Assembly (NCBI GenBank): GCA_900617105.1
Contig: UYFQ01000645.1
Span: 1-64,000 of the forward strand
Direction of reading: 5' to 3'
Source of the DNA: Hydrurus foetidus
Taxonomy: Eukaryota
DNA: 64,000 nucleotides
Made by a program: the position numbers and the translations under genes. Position 1 is the first letter of the stretch, and each line of letters begins with the position of its first letter. Below are positions 1 through 14,978 of this stretch, piece after piece. The notes under the pieces are model-generated. The model had not been told where the DNA came from and did no database searches. It worked only from the letters and a program-made list of their open reading frames with translations.

Positions 1-37
1 TAACAGATCGGATCTCGAAGATCAAGAACTGAAAGAC

Positions 38-1911
<1,874 letters not shown>

Positions 1912-1954
1912 GTCCAAAATTCCGTATGCGGAAAATATCTCAGAAAATCGTATT

Positions 1955-4900
1955 TTGCCAAACATGCAAATGCTTTTATCAACAATCATACCTAACGAGA
2001 TTGATGATTACTTACAAGTAACAATATATCTTCCTCAGACCCAATCCCCGGCTACCGCTTTGGCGACCGAGTTGACAGCCGCGACCGCGACTCCAACCGC
2101 AAAGACGACTCGCGCCAAGCGGAAAAGGACAAAGACAAAGATCGCCGCGATCGAGACCGGTCCCCACCCAAATCCTCCTCCAGCTATGGACCAAAATAAC
2201 GGCATGGCCGCCTTAGCCCAAATCGACACCGGATGTCAAGTTGGGGACGTAATCAATCGTAGAGTCCTTCGGGGCCTACGTGGTGAACCCCAACTCCGCA
2301 CCACCGACTCTCCCATATGGATGTGTTCGGGTCTAAATAATCAATGTATTGAATCCACTGCTGTCCTTGATATTGTTGTATCATTTAACAAAAACGATTT
2401 AAAATACACTTTTTCTCTTCCGGTGCGAATTGCAGAAGATTCCAAAGTCGACCTAATCTTAGGATTGGAGACCATAAAAAACTAAATTTGGTTAAAATCA
2501 TTCCGGAATTCTTCCAATCTCCGGAAAATATCCAAAATGAAAAAATTCACTCATTACAAAAACTGAATCAATCCACAAACATGGTATTAAACCACGTGGA
2601 CGTTCCACTCATGCTAGAAGCAGAGTCGGACACAGTTACGAGTATTACAAGTCCAACCTTACCTCCGGTTATAACTAGCCGAGAGGGGATAAAACCCTCA
2701 GACACAGACAGTCGATGGCAAGACGACCTGGTGGCTCGAGGTGCTTGTACAAGCAAGACATGCACTCCTTCATGTGGGTGTCCCACTAGCTTAGCTGCGG
2801 CAGCGGCTAGGCTAGATTCTGATGAGTTCATTTTGCACTCTACGGTCGAGGCAGCAGTTTTGTTGTCACCTCCCCGACAAAATGATTTAGGTGTAACAAC
2901 CGACAGGAGTCCGGAATTAGCTACTCCTACTCCCTCATCCAAGGCACCAGCCCAAACACGTGGTTTAGTTGCTGCTCTACTCCGGGAGCGTGAAGAACTC
3001 CCAGAGGTTCAACCCTTCGGACCCGAAGAGATTGACTACAAGTCGAAGGATACCTTCGCTCCTTTCCAAGACAATCCAACAGAGGACAAAATGTACCTCA
3101 TCGATCTCATACAAATCGATGGTACCCCTGAACAACAAGCAAAAATTAGAGCAATTTGTGTCAAACACATAAAGCTATTCAACAACAAACTCGGACCAGA
3201 GCCCGCGCGAATTCCCCCTTTGGACTACCCGTACGGGATCCAGAGTGGAAAGTTTTCAAAAACCGCGTAGCACCACGACCAACGTCTACACGAAAACAAG
3301 TCGAAATCCGAAAACAAGTTGAAACTATGCTTGAACAGGGTATAATAGTCAAATCAGAGGCATCATACTATTCGCAAGTAACACTCGCGGCAAAGCCAGA
3401 CGGTTCATACCGATTCTGTATTGACTATCGTCACCTCAACGACGCAACGGAATCAGCAAGCTGGCCAATCCCTAATATTAAACAAATGTTAGCAAGATTA
3501 GGTTCACAAAAAGCAGACACATTCGGTGTAATAGACCTCACAGCAGGATATCACCAAGCACCGTTAACTCTAAGTACACGTGTGTATACAGCTTTCATAA
3601 CATTTATGGGCATCTACCACTTTACCCGACTACCTTTCGGACCCAAAAGAGCCCCCTCATATTTCCAAGAAATGATGGCCTCAATAGTCCTTTTAGGACT
3701 AATATACCAAATCTGTGAAGTATACCTCGACGACATCATCGTTTATGGTAATGGATTTGATCAATTCTGCGAGCGATTAGAAATCCTTTTTCAACGCCTA
3801 GAAAACAAAAACATTTCACTAAAAGCCGCAAAGCTAAAGCTAAATGTGCGAATAGTTGAATATGTCGGTAGACAAATATCTAAAGAAGGTATAACTATGA
3901 GTTCCAAAAAATAAGAGGTGTGACCGACTTTCCTATGCCACGAAAGACGACTGAACTTAGATCGTTCCTCGGACTCACCAATTATTTTCGGGATCATGTA
4001 CCAAATCACTCCAACGTGGTAGCACCACTGCACAAAATTATAGATCACGCCGCGAAAAAGCAATCAATGCTAATCTGGACAGATGACGCCGCAAATTCTT
4101 TTCAAAAGATAAAAGATCTAATTGCAAAGAGTCCTTTATTATATTTCATACACGATACAGCGCCCATTACCCTCATGACCGATGCGTCAGATTACGGGAT
4201 CGGCGGCTATTTGTATCAAGAAGTCGACGGAGAAAAACAACTCGTCGCTCTCGTAAGCAAGTCTCTTACCAAGACTCAACTGAAATGGTCAGTAATACAA
4301 AAAGAAGCCTTCGCGCTATACTATTGCTGTACTTATCTCGACGCACTGCTGCGAGACCGTAAATTCACAATCCTAACAGACCACAAAAATCTTACGTTCC
4401 TAGAAAAGGATAAAAACGAGATGGTCGGCAGATGGCGTATGGCCCTGCAGGAACTAGAATATACGATAGGGTACATCCCGGGAAAACAAAATGAAATTGC
4501 TGACGCAATGTCTCGCCTATGTTTAAACAGAATGCCTCCTAAAACAGGAATAATAGCAGCAATTCTGACACACAAACCAATAACGACAGAGCAATATAAC
4601 CTAATTGCAACGTGCCACAACACGATAGTCGGACATGGTGGTGTACAACGCACACTGCGTAATTTAAAAAAAACAAATAACATATGGCTGGGAATGCGTG
4701 ACGCAGTAAAAACATTCATTAAAAATTGTCCGTGTTGCCAAAAGATGTCGGCAATGAAATATCCCATCAACGCATACCGGTACACAACCTCAACATACAA
4801 ACCAATGGAATGCCTTAACATAGACTTCATTGGTCCATTTCCCGATAAAGGATATATCCTTGTTATGATCGACACCTTCTCAAGGTTTGTCGAACTCTAC

Positions 4901-5880
4901 GCAACACCTGATGCAACAGCCAAATCAGCGTGCACAGCACTTGTAGAACACGTGGGACGCTACGGCTCACCATGTATACTTCGATCAGATAATGGACCCC
5001 ACTTCGCAAGCCACATCATAGATGAGTTTGTGAAGATTGTTGGAACAACACACAACAAAATATTACCATACTGTTCAGAAGAAAACGCTATCGTCGAGCG
5101 AATCAACAAAGAAATCAATCGCCATATAACCGCGTACGCATACGAACGCGCAACTACGGAAAACTACGCGGAAATATTACCGTTTGTACAAAGAATACTA
5201 AATTCAACCGTAAATGACCGGATGAAAGTGTCTCCAGCACAACTCATCTATGGCAACGCGATCGACCTCGACGCAAACATCCTCCTCCCGAGAGATGAAA
5301 TTGATTTAGATTTCGACTCACTCACACGGTCAACTGATAAAATGTTAACGTTGCAAGATGAACTCATCGAAATCACCGCACGTCTACTCAAAGAATCCGA
5401 CGACTTGCACAATGCACAACAACTTCCCAACGTCACACAGTTCGGAGTCGACACATTTGTACTTGTCCAACAAAGAACATCACCAGAAACGCGCATGCAC
5501 ACACTGTGGCGCGGCCCAATGCGAGTTGTCAGCCACAACTTCGCAGAGTATACATTACTCGATCTGGTAACACACAAAGAAAAGTTGTACCACATGACCC
5601 AACTAAAACCGTTTCACTTTGATCCTACGCATGTCGATCCAACTGACATCGCTCGTAGAGATTATCTAGAATTCTTCATAGAGGAAATCCTAGAAATGAA
5701 AGGAAACATAAGAGCATACAAATCACTCACATTTCATGTGAAATGGCTCAACTACACCCATGAACACAACACATGGGAACCGTGGACACACATGCGTAAA
5801 GCGCAAAAGTACATGAGTTCTTAATCAAAAAGAACCTCAAACACTTAATACCACGCGAATTCATCGCAAACTACCGTTAA
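1955..5880 (+). CDS. pol: G1 Pol (protease, RT, RNase H, integrase, chromodomain), split by several frameshifts
   Basis: QIDTG protease; RFCIDYR, LPFG, YLDD RT; TDASDYGIG RNase H; CHN..GH..CPCC and DDE integrase; WRGPM; FHVKWLNYTHEHNTWEPW chromodomain. Confidence 0.93.
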
Positions 5881-6089
5881 CCGGTAAAATAAAAATAAAA
5901 ATTGATTAACTAAATCATAAAGATTCCTCCTAAATTGGATCCTCAGGGATTTTAGGGAGGTTTATTCAGTAAGGAACTTTCAGTTCTTAGTCTGAAATAG
6001 TTATTCAATAAGTTAGTTACTTACTCATAGTTAGTATTTTGATGATGAATTTTGTCATTTAGTACACCCCTTTAGAGAGAGAGGGGCAC

Positions 6090-6306
6090 TGTGACCCGCA
6101 CACCCGTACGGGCTGTACGGGTACAGGCGTACGTTCGGACCGGATCGAGGACGATCCGATCCATCCGATTCATTGCCATGATACCTGCTGTGTTTACCTG
6201 TAAGCTAACCACATTGTTTCCATAGCAATAGCTCTCCCAGCTTCTTTTCCCTTGCTCCCGCTCCCAGCCGTCCCGCTCCCAGTGCCCAGATCCTGGCAAG
6301 GCCACA
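6090..6306 (+). repeat. 3' LTR of G1 (217 bp)
   Basis: Follows PPT at 6074-6086; TG...CA with imperfect terminal inverted repeat TGTGACC/GGCCACA; partner LTR not in window. Confidence 0.8.
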
Positions 6307-9300
6307 GTTTGTCATTAATAACAAGTCTCTCAGATGGAGGAAGAAATATTCCTCTGTCTAATTTGAGTATATTGCCGAAAAGCAATTGAGATGCAGAGAT
6401 TTTTAAACGATCACTGTGATTAGAATTTAAAATTCTTTGCACAAATGGTAGTGATGTTGAATAATCATCAAGCGTTACGATATCGTAAGTTAAAGCACGA
6501 AGGTGTCTATTAACTTCTTTATTCATGCGTTCAACAATGGCGTTTTCTTCTTTAGAATATGCTAAAGTAAGACAATGTTGAGTGCCGATAAGAGTTAGAA
6601 ACTCTTTGATTAAATCGGAAATGAAGTGTGGCCCCTTATCAGAACGGAGTTGGAGAGGTGCGCCGAAACGACAGAAATGTTGCAAAAGGCATTGAGCTGT
6701 CGAAAGTGCCGAAGCATCTTTAGTATGAAACAGCTCAACCCACCTTGTGAACGTATCGATAATTACGAGTACGTACCCCCCGTCTGGAAACGGTCCTATG
6801 AAGTCTATGTTAAGGCACTCCATAGGTGTGTAAGTAGAAGTCGAAAAGCCGTGAGCATGAATTGGGATCTTTAACATGCTCATCTTTTGACAACACGAAC
6901 AGTGATCTATGAACCACCTGACATGCTGTCGTTGAAACTGCCACACTTTGTTGTTGTCTTTGAGACGCTTTAAAGTGCGCTCAAGACCAAAGTGACCAAC
7001 TTGTGAATTGTGTACATTACTTATAGTATTGTATTGTTCACGAGTCAGTTTGAACTTTTCAATAATATTGGCAGACATGATTGTCTCAAGTGAATATTCT
7101 TGAGGATGGTCAATCATGTTGTTACGACAGAGTCGAGACATCGAATCAGCTATGTCATTGTTAACACCAGAAATGAATTCAATTTTAAATGAGAATTCTG
7201 ATAAAGCCATAAGCCAACGAACAATCATTGGATTTGAATGATTTTTAATGTATAACAAGTTACGATGATCGGTGCGTAAAGTAAACATCCGATCACGTAA
7301 TAGCGATTTTAAATACGTGCACGCAAAGAAAATAGCATATGCTTCTTTCTGTATAACTGCCCACCTAAGTTGAGCTTTGTTAAGCGATTTACTAACAAAT
7401 GCTACGGGCGTCTCTTTTCCGTCAACTAACTGAAAAGATAAGCACCTACACCGTAATCCGATGCATCAGTGTGCAAGTAAATCGGATCGGTGTCACTTAA
7501 AAAGTGCATTGTCGTGCATTTTGCAGTTTCAGATTTAATTAACTCAAATGCTGAGTCAGCTTCTGGTGTCCAAACTATTTTTTAGATTTATTATAATCAA
7601 CAAGCAACTGGTGTAACGGATATGTACACTTGAAGCATTTTTGATAAAATCGTGAAAATAGTTTACCAAACCTAAAAAACTTTTAAGTTGTTTAGATATA
7701 TCTGGTTTTGGAAAATCTAAAACTTGCCGTATTTTTTCTTGTGACATTTTTAGTCCTTCAGCAGAAAGGACTTTGCCAACATAATCAATTTCGGAATAGC
7801 CAAGATAACATTTATTTGGTTTAAGAAATATTTTATGTTGTCGAAAGCGTTGAAAAACAAGACGGAGTCTAAAAACTAATTCGTCAGTGTCTTTGCCGAA
7901 AACATTGCAATCATCAATGTACATTTCGCATATAGTGTAAATCAATCCAGCTAATACAACAGTTGCCATGGTCTGTTGAAAATAAGAAGGAGCTCGTTTA
8001 GGCCCAAAGGGCAGACGAGTGAATTGATACACGCCACAGAAAAGTATGAATGCAGTGTATGCGCGTGCTGCAAGTGTAAGCGGTGCTTGATGATATCCTT
8101 GAGTGAGATCAAGTGTAGCGAATACTTTAGCTTTATGAGCACCAATTCGACGTAACATTTCATTTATGTTAGGAATGGGCCATGATGCATCTTCGGTACA
8201 ATCATTAAGATTTCGATAATCTATACACATGCGTTTGGTTCCGTCAGATTTTGGAACCATAAGCACTTGGCTGTAATAAGCCGCATTTGATTTCTCGATA
8301 ATCCCTTGCTCTTCAAGTTTCGCGAGTTGACGTATAATGTCAGCTTGATTTGCAGTGGATTGAGGTCGAGGAGGTGTTCTATTACGGGAGACTTTCCATT
8401 TTACGTCATCCACGTTAAGTTCAAACGGTGGGATATCAGCAGGGCTAGCCGGAAGCTCACTGCTAAATATATCCCTAAATTCGTTACATAGTAAACGGAG
8501 TTTATTTTTCTGATCTTCATCACCTGCTATGTGTATTAGCGAGAGTGAATCTGTATCAAGAAATTCATTAATCCATGGTGAAAAGGAGTCATTTAATGAA
8601 TCATCAATTTCATCTTCATCAGGCGGCACAACTCCAAATAGTTGTTCCGACTCTTGAATTAACGAAGCTAGTATGACATGTGTTTGGGTGACTGCCGGAT
8701 CTTTCATTTGGGTTAATGAAAGATCTTTTGGGGTTCCTTTAGAGGTTTGCAAAGTCTCTTCAGGCTGACAGCCACATGTCATGACCACATCTTCAGAAGT
8801 CGAGACTCCCTTTATTGGGGTTGGTCGCGATGAAGTGCTGGATTTTATTTGATCTGGGAAAATCGAGAAGAGATCTAAATCTCGTATAATTTTTCTTCCC
8901 ACTATCAGATCAATTTGTGTTTGTTCTAAAACATAAGCCGTGATTTGGAAAGAAGAATAATTATTTAAATCAGGGCAAAAATAAGAAAGGTTTAAGTCGA
9001 TGGTTTCAGAAATTTCATAGCAATGATTATCTAAACCACTACAAACTTTACACGCTTTCTTAGATGATTTAGAAACATGTTGTGTTAAGTTAAGATTATT
9101 TATAACACGCCTAGCTATGAAATTGCTGGCGATCGATCCCGTATCCAATAGAGTGAAGACTCTATTTTTCTCTTCCAGCGAAGTTTGCTGAGAAATATGA
9201 GAAATAAAGAAAGGGATAAGATGTTTATCCGATGAAACGGAAGGGTTGTCAATTGACGACATATTAAGGTTGTAAACGTAGTCACCTTTTTGTTTCTTCG

Positions 9301-9424
9301 CGACACGAGTAGTGTCTGCTGACGAAGCAGCGGTCTTAGAAGACGCAGAAGAAGAGGAGGAAGCGGAAAAGGAAGATGTTCCGTACGCGTTTGGAATGAA
9401 CGTCGCTTTGGGATCGATCTTCAA
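6307..9424 (-). CDS. pol: G2 Pol (PR-RT-RH-IN), frameshifted and truncated by the G1 insertion
   Basis: ORF 7556..9424 (LLDTG, RMCIDYR, LPFG, YIDD) and ORF 6194..7288 (TDHRNL, HHCC, DFIGP, RSDKG, VERMN); homology stops at RLVINDKL. Confidence 0.92.
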
Positions 9425-9479
9425 AAGATCTTTGCCTCCTTCCGACTGAAGGAAAGGTTTCTCGGTACTGTTAAAGTAC

Positions 9480-10686
9480 GGAGAAGAGCCGAACCGACAA
9501 GTGGCTACTAAGTGGCCAAGTCTCCCACAGCCGGAACAGTGGGGTTTGTCAGATTGCTCAGGCTTCTCGTCCTCTCGTTGCCGTTTTTAATTCGTGGCTC
9601 TTGAGGAGGACGGTTAGAGTTTTTGATCTGGCGAGAATGATCGCCATAAGTCGGGTGAACGTCTACAAACCGTAAAGCATCAATTGCTTCTCGTAGCTTT
9701 CTTAGTTGCGCACGCCACACGAATCGAAAATCATCGACCGTGATAAGACGTGGCGTTCTATCGAGAGTGCGGTACAAAACTGACCTCCAATTAATGGGTT
9801 CAGCTGGCAACTTATCAATAAGAATTTTAGTTGCTGTTAACTGCATGGCAGCTGACACCTCAGGGAATGCATCGACAATATCAGCTAAAAGCTGGTCTGT
9901 CTTTTCTTCCACTGATGGGTTCTTCAGGTCAAATTGAATTTGAACCTGAGTAATGGATTCAATGAATCCTAGTTTATCCGTTCTGGACGTAGCAGTTGCA
10001 GGAATTGCCAAATTCAATTCTCTACAAAAATTCTGATTAGTCCAGTTTCTCCAGTTGTTACAACTGTCTCGACGATCAGGGTCGGTTGCAAATCGAAGTT
10101 GCAAAAGGGTTTTAAAAGATTGGAAGTTGCTGTGATGAACGACATCAACTGGCCGAAACGGCGTTCCATTCGAGAGGAGAACCTCTGAAACTCTTTGAAC
10201 TTCTTGCCAAGACGGCTTGGCGCTCAACTTAGGAGCTTTCTCACCAACTTGCACGTACTGAGTTGGTGGTGCCAAAGCACGTTGATTAGCAGATCTATCG
10301 ACCGAAGTCGACGTGATCTCAGCCGAAGCTGGTGTCGCAGCCGAAGCTGGTATCGCAGCCGAAGCTGGTGAAAGCGATAAAGCAGACAACGCAGAAATGA
10401 CAGGCACATCAATAGCAGACACGACCGCAGGCCCCGACGTCGGCTGAGACGCCGGCGCAGACAGGTCTCCGGCGGGGTCCTGAATCGCAGGTGATCCAGG
10501 AGACTCTATGTCTTGGACATTGCGCTGCGTATGCTTGAGATACGCCTTCCGTGCTGCGACGGCGACAGCGCGCGGCTGAGCTCGTCTTAAGATGGCGCTG
10601 GTGTTGTCGGTGGTGTTGGTGGTTGCCTTAGCGTTGGTGGTTGCCTTAGCCGAGGCTTTGGCACGGATGCGGCGAATTGCCATGAT
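9480..10686 (-). CDS. gag: G2 Gag, with the CCHC knuckle in a shifted frame
   Basis: Part of ORF 9508..11295 from MAIRRIRAK; minus strand near 9495-9545 reads KPHCSGCGRLGHLVATC. Confidence 0.75.
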
Positions 10687-10759
10687 CCGAAAAATTTCCC
10701 GAGAAAAGATGGATGAGTAGAAAGAAATAATTTTGGTCGTAGGAACCAAATATCGATAT

Positions 10760-11044
10760 TGTGGTCGTTGGTGACCTGAAGTGGTCGTTGGTGACCTGAA
10801 GGCGAAGGACGAGGACGATGGACGAGGACGGAGGGCGAAAAACGAAGATGGAGAAGATGGAAGAGTAGTCTTATAGTTTACAGCGAGAAACAAGCAGTAG
10901 TATCTACAGTGATGTGTACTCGCGTGGAAACGAAAAGAAAAGAAAACTGTACCGGACTTTGGGTCCGTTCTAGAATCTACAGTACAGGTATAGTATACAG
11001 TCACAGTGTATCCGTACATGCAGTACAGATGCAGTGAGGCTACA
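10760..11044 (-). repeat. 5' LTR of G2 (about 285 bp)
   Basis: Minus-strand TG...CGACCACA, the same 8-nt end as the G3 LTR; internal 20-bp tandem duplication at 10761-10800; abrupt junction to Copia coding sequence at 11045. Confidence 0.78.
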
Positions 11045-14000
11045 CCCGTATCAGCACCAGCTTCAGCGAGGTCTAGTAGTGCAGCTGCTGCGATACTTGT
11101 TTGGAACGTATCATTATTTAACGAACTTGCTGGTGCTGAACTTGCTGGTGCTGGCACTGTAGCCTGAAACTGGGACTGCAATGTCGACGATGTCGATGTA
11201 GAGGGTACAGCTGGCTCAATCACCCCTTCATTGGACATATAGTTGGAAATATCGGCCAAATGAATTACATCAGCATCGTCGTGTAGAGCCATCATAGTTG
11301 GTAAAGGTGAAAGGATGTCAATATTGCGTGGATCGGTTTCCAGGAGACCGATGTCGGGTCCGCACCGCGGGAGTAGCCTTCGCTGATTGCTTTTGACGTA
11401 ATATAATTGACAATGATATCAGGCATTGGAACTATTTTGAACTGGTCTCTTGTCACGACATGATCGGTTGATAAGCACCACATTTTGACGCTTCCCGTCA
11501 AGTTCCCTGTAGGAAGGAGAGCAACGCAATCCTGCGTGCGAGATGCCATAGAGTTGTCGGTATTTGGAACAGTCGCGTGGAGGTAGTCGCCGAAGTCAAT
11601 TCGTAGGTCCTTAGAAGTATCGAGTTTTTTACCAGTAAATTGCTCTAACGGGCTGATGCGATCGTGAGACGTTCGAGACGGTTGTATGTTCAGGCGAGAG
11701 ACGCAGAACTGGACGCACATGATCAGCAATAGCTTTGTCATGACAAATGGCAGAGAGTTTTCGTACGAGCGTACCCGTTGCTTTATAGTCTGAATTTTTC
11801 GTTCTACAACTGGAACATGCTGGCCTGGTCCTGATGTATCGATGACGATTTTAAAGCTGTTGACATCGCCCCGATTGCTCCCTCTCCTTCGCTTTTTATC
11901 AACACGCAGTCAAACCCTCTACTTGAGGCGGTGGAGAGAAATGATGTAAGCGCAGAGGACATACACTCCACGCCTCTATTCTTCAATTGCACACAGAATG
12001 ATAGCCCCAAGGGAGATAGGACACTGAGAAGGAATTGAAGTTTCTTGACGAAGAAAACATCTACTACCACGACTTGCTCAACTTGCGTCACGCGTGGTGC
12101 GAGAATATTCGGACTCACTGCAGAGACTTGTTTGGCAGTTTTCCCTTTCAAGGATGGGATAGACGGCCCGAATATGGCGTCGGCGTGTATATCCATTTTT
12201 GTCACAGTGCAGTTCAGGATTCCAGAGTCTAACATATCCATAGTCGCTGCTGACGACGCATGAGCTAAGTTGAGCATTAGTTAACGTGCGGCTCGAGCCT
12301 GCAACACTTCTCATGTAATTTCTCATGTTATTGGCAACTGTTGTGATGAGTGCATTTTCTGCTGTCATATCGCATGTATACTGACTCGACAGTTTGCCAC
12401 CCACGTACATATCTATTCTGGAGAATAGATATGTACTACCAAAGACTCCCAGCGTGTAGACATCATCTGGAGAGCTGTACACGACGGTGCATCCTCTGTC
12501 GAGAGCTTCTGCGACTGATATAACGTTAGCGGCCGCATTAGGTTCAAAGGCTACATTCCCGTAATTGTCGAAACACCCCCGATGCTTGACCAACATTCCC
12601 TTCCACGATGAATCGATTCCTCCAATGTAAAATGGAGTTGAGTCTTTGATGCTTGTTAGAATTTGACTGTTTCAAAAGATCGACCGCGAGGCCTGATTGT
12701 CTAGGAGGATGTCGGTGCTCGTGAAAAAAAAACTGCGTCTTCTTTTCCTGATGTGCAAATAAACGCTGCATCGTGCGTGCTCATGTCGTCTTCGTAATCA
12801 GGGTCTTCGGTGGTGACCATAACACCTTGTGTACTGTCAGGGTTGTCGGGACAATTCGCCCAAAGGTGTCCCTTTGTTAGGTAGCCTCGGTAGGTTCTAT
12901 TCTCGATGACAGGTGGTTGCTGTTAAGGTGGCGGTGCCTTTTGGTTTTGTTGAGGTGGCTATCCCTTCTGGTTCCATCGTTCGCCTGGCCCTCTTTGTCC
13001 CCCGCCATCTCTACCACGCCCACCCCGTCCTCTACCACGGTCAGGCTTTTTGCAGTCATCGTCAGCCAGAGTGAATACGGAGTACATTTCGCCTCCTGGC
13101 AGTTGCTTGGATACAGCAGCCTTCCAACTAGAGGCAATCGTCCATGCGGCATGGAGCGTTTGCGGGAATGGAATTCCAATAGTCGCGTTGTTGGTTAGAT
13201 GGGCCATCATCGATGCGTATCGGGTAGGGTCCAGTCTTGTCAAGAATAGAATAGCCAGTTCCGGTTGTGGAGGCGGGTCCCGTGATCACACTGATCTGAT
13301 CATCGAATACCTTCTTAATCTTTCCTGTCCTCACGTTGGGCTTTTGTCTGATGGCGTTGAATTTCGTCTTGAGTGTAACGATTTCAAGCTTTCACGTCTC
13401 TCGTCCAGCACCATGAATCGCTGTCGTGTGGGTTTCCACAATAATTGTCCATAAGGTGTTAGGATTTTGGGCCAGGTCCGCCTCTTCGTAATTTTCTTCT
13501 CTCGATTCCAGCGACAGTGTTTCCCAAAGTGTTACAGCTTGGGTGCATCATCCTTTAGCTTTGAGATCGCCTTATTTCTCAGTTTTTCTGCATCGAGTCT
13601 GAGTGCAGCTATCGCTGCCGCTCCAAGTGCCGGCAATTATTCGTCGCCTTCGTCTGCGGCGAATGGCATATAGTCTGCTGGTTGGACTGGATCGGGTACG
13701 TAAGGCTCATTGGTTTTTAGTACGTTGGCCAGGAATCCGAATTCTTTGCAGCATACGTTCAGTCTTTCTGTCTTCCATGCCATAAAATTGTTTAATCTTC
13801 CGAATAGTAGCATGGTTGGACCGTCCTTGGCAACCGACTTCAGGCTTGCCATTTCATCTTCTTCTTCTTTAATTTTGCGTTGTACACACAATCCTTTGTT
13901 GTAGTCCCTCTCGCGGATGCGTTCTAATTATGTTGGAAATAAGAAATTTAGCCGCGCGAATCTCCGATATCAAGGTGTGATAATCGTGAGTGAAATTCCG

Positions 14001-14223
14001 CGCTACAATCTCACCAAGGCTCGTAACACGAAGCAACTTCGGAATTAAGGTTACTTGTTATTTAGAACTGAGGTAACAGCAGTATGTAGCTAGTCATGTT
14101 AATGTCGACTCCGATTGGAGTTCAGTCTCCACTCGTCAAATATCTTATACCGTTTTACTCTCGTTACCCTCAGATGGTTATCGGTTTCATCCACTTAGAA
14201 TCTCATAATTCATAATTCCAACA
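11045..14223 (-). mobile_element. Degenerate Ty1/Copia retrotransposon C1 (5' LTR, gag, PR, IN; interrupted by G2)
   Basis: Fragments: gag (MASLKSVAK..., RLDPTRYASM, RGG repeats), LLDNQA protease, integrase (DVFFVKK, SEGEGA, FGDY, PTGNLTGS); Copia domain order; many frameshifts. Confidence 0.85.
13931..14223 (-). repeat. 5' LTR of C1 (293 bp)
   Basis: Perfect 8-bp terminal inverted repeats TGTTGGAA/TTCCAACA, about 80 nt upstream of the gag start. Confidence 0.8.
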
Positions 14224-14284
14224 TGACATCGTAGAGTACCGTACGTACTCCAGTGTAATGTACGCACGCACAGAGGGTAACCAC

Positions 14285-14898
14285 TGTCCAGGATTCAAGG
14301 TTTAAACTTGCATGGTTGTATGTATTACAATAATTTCGCTCTGACAACATCGACACCAGACCAATGCGCGCCACGCCTGTCGGGTAGAGGACCTGTGGCC
14401 CGGATTCCTGACGATACAGATGCCTTTTTACTCTGCCGAACGTACACAAAAAGGACTCGAGTTCGAACTCGTGACAGCGTGACGATATTTTGATTTATCC
14501 AACAGACGTATACTTTTGAATCCTGTTTTGAATGAATGATGCGTACGACTCATGAAGTAAATGATATGAACTTCAAAACTGGTACCTAGATAGATAAAAG
14601 ATGACATGTATGGTTGTAGTCTCCTGTTCGACGATCAACGCATACTTCTTTATCTCGTAATTAAGAAGCCACACTAAGTGCAACCACCCAACCTTCAGCA
14701 AAGGAAGATCTTCTGTCGACAGGAAAGCGCGCCTGAAGCCACAAGAACTTTCCTGCTAAAGGTACCAGCTTATATTACAGAAGGATAAAGGATAGAAGAC
14801 GACTTATTCTGAATTTGGTCCAACCTTCCCAGTTTCACCGTATCAGTGAAACGGTTGTAACCAACGAACAAGTCCACGGATTTGGAAAATCCCAATCA
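14285..14898 (+). repeat. 5' LTR of C2
   Basis: TG...CA direct repeat of 20078-20691. Confidence 0.93.
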
Positions 14899-14978
14899 TA
14901 AAGAAGTAACTTACTTAAGCGAAGACATCGCTTAGCACAAAGCCCAGAGAGCATCTGGCCAGAGAGGATCTGAAGAAA

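Larger units (their letters stand above)
6307..11044 (-). mobile_element. Ty3/Gypsy LTR retrotransposon G2 related to G1/G3 (5' LTR to mid-integrase; interrupted by G1)
   Basis: Minus-strand gag, LLDTG protease, YIDD RT, RNase H and integrase similar to G1/G3; LTR TGTAGCC...GACCACA. Confidence 0.92.

Noticed and set aside
6194..6306. Unusual C-terminal extension of the G2 integrase
   Set aside because: It is the antisense G1 LTR at the insertion junction
9508..11295. 595-aa minus ORF as one protein
   Set aside because: Read-through of C1 spacer, G2 LTR and leader into G2 gag
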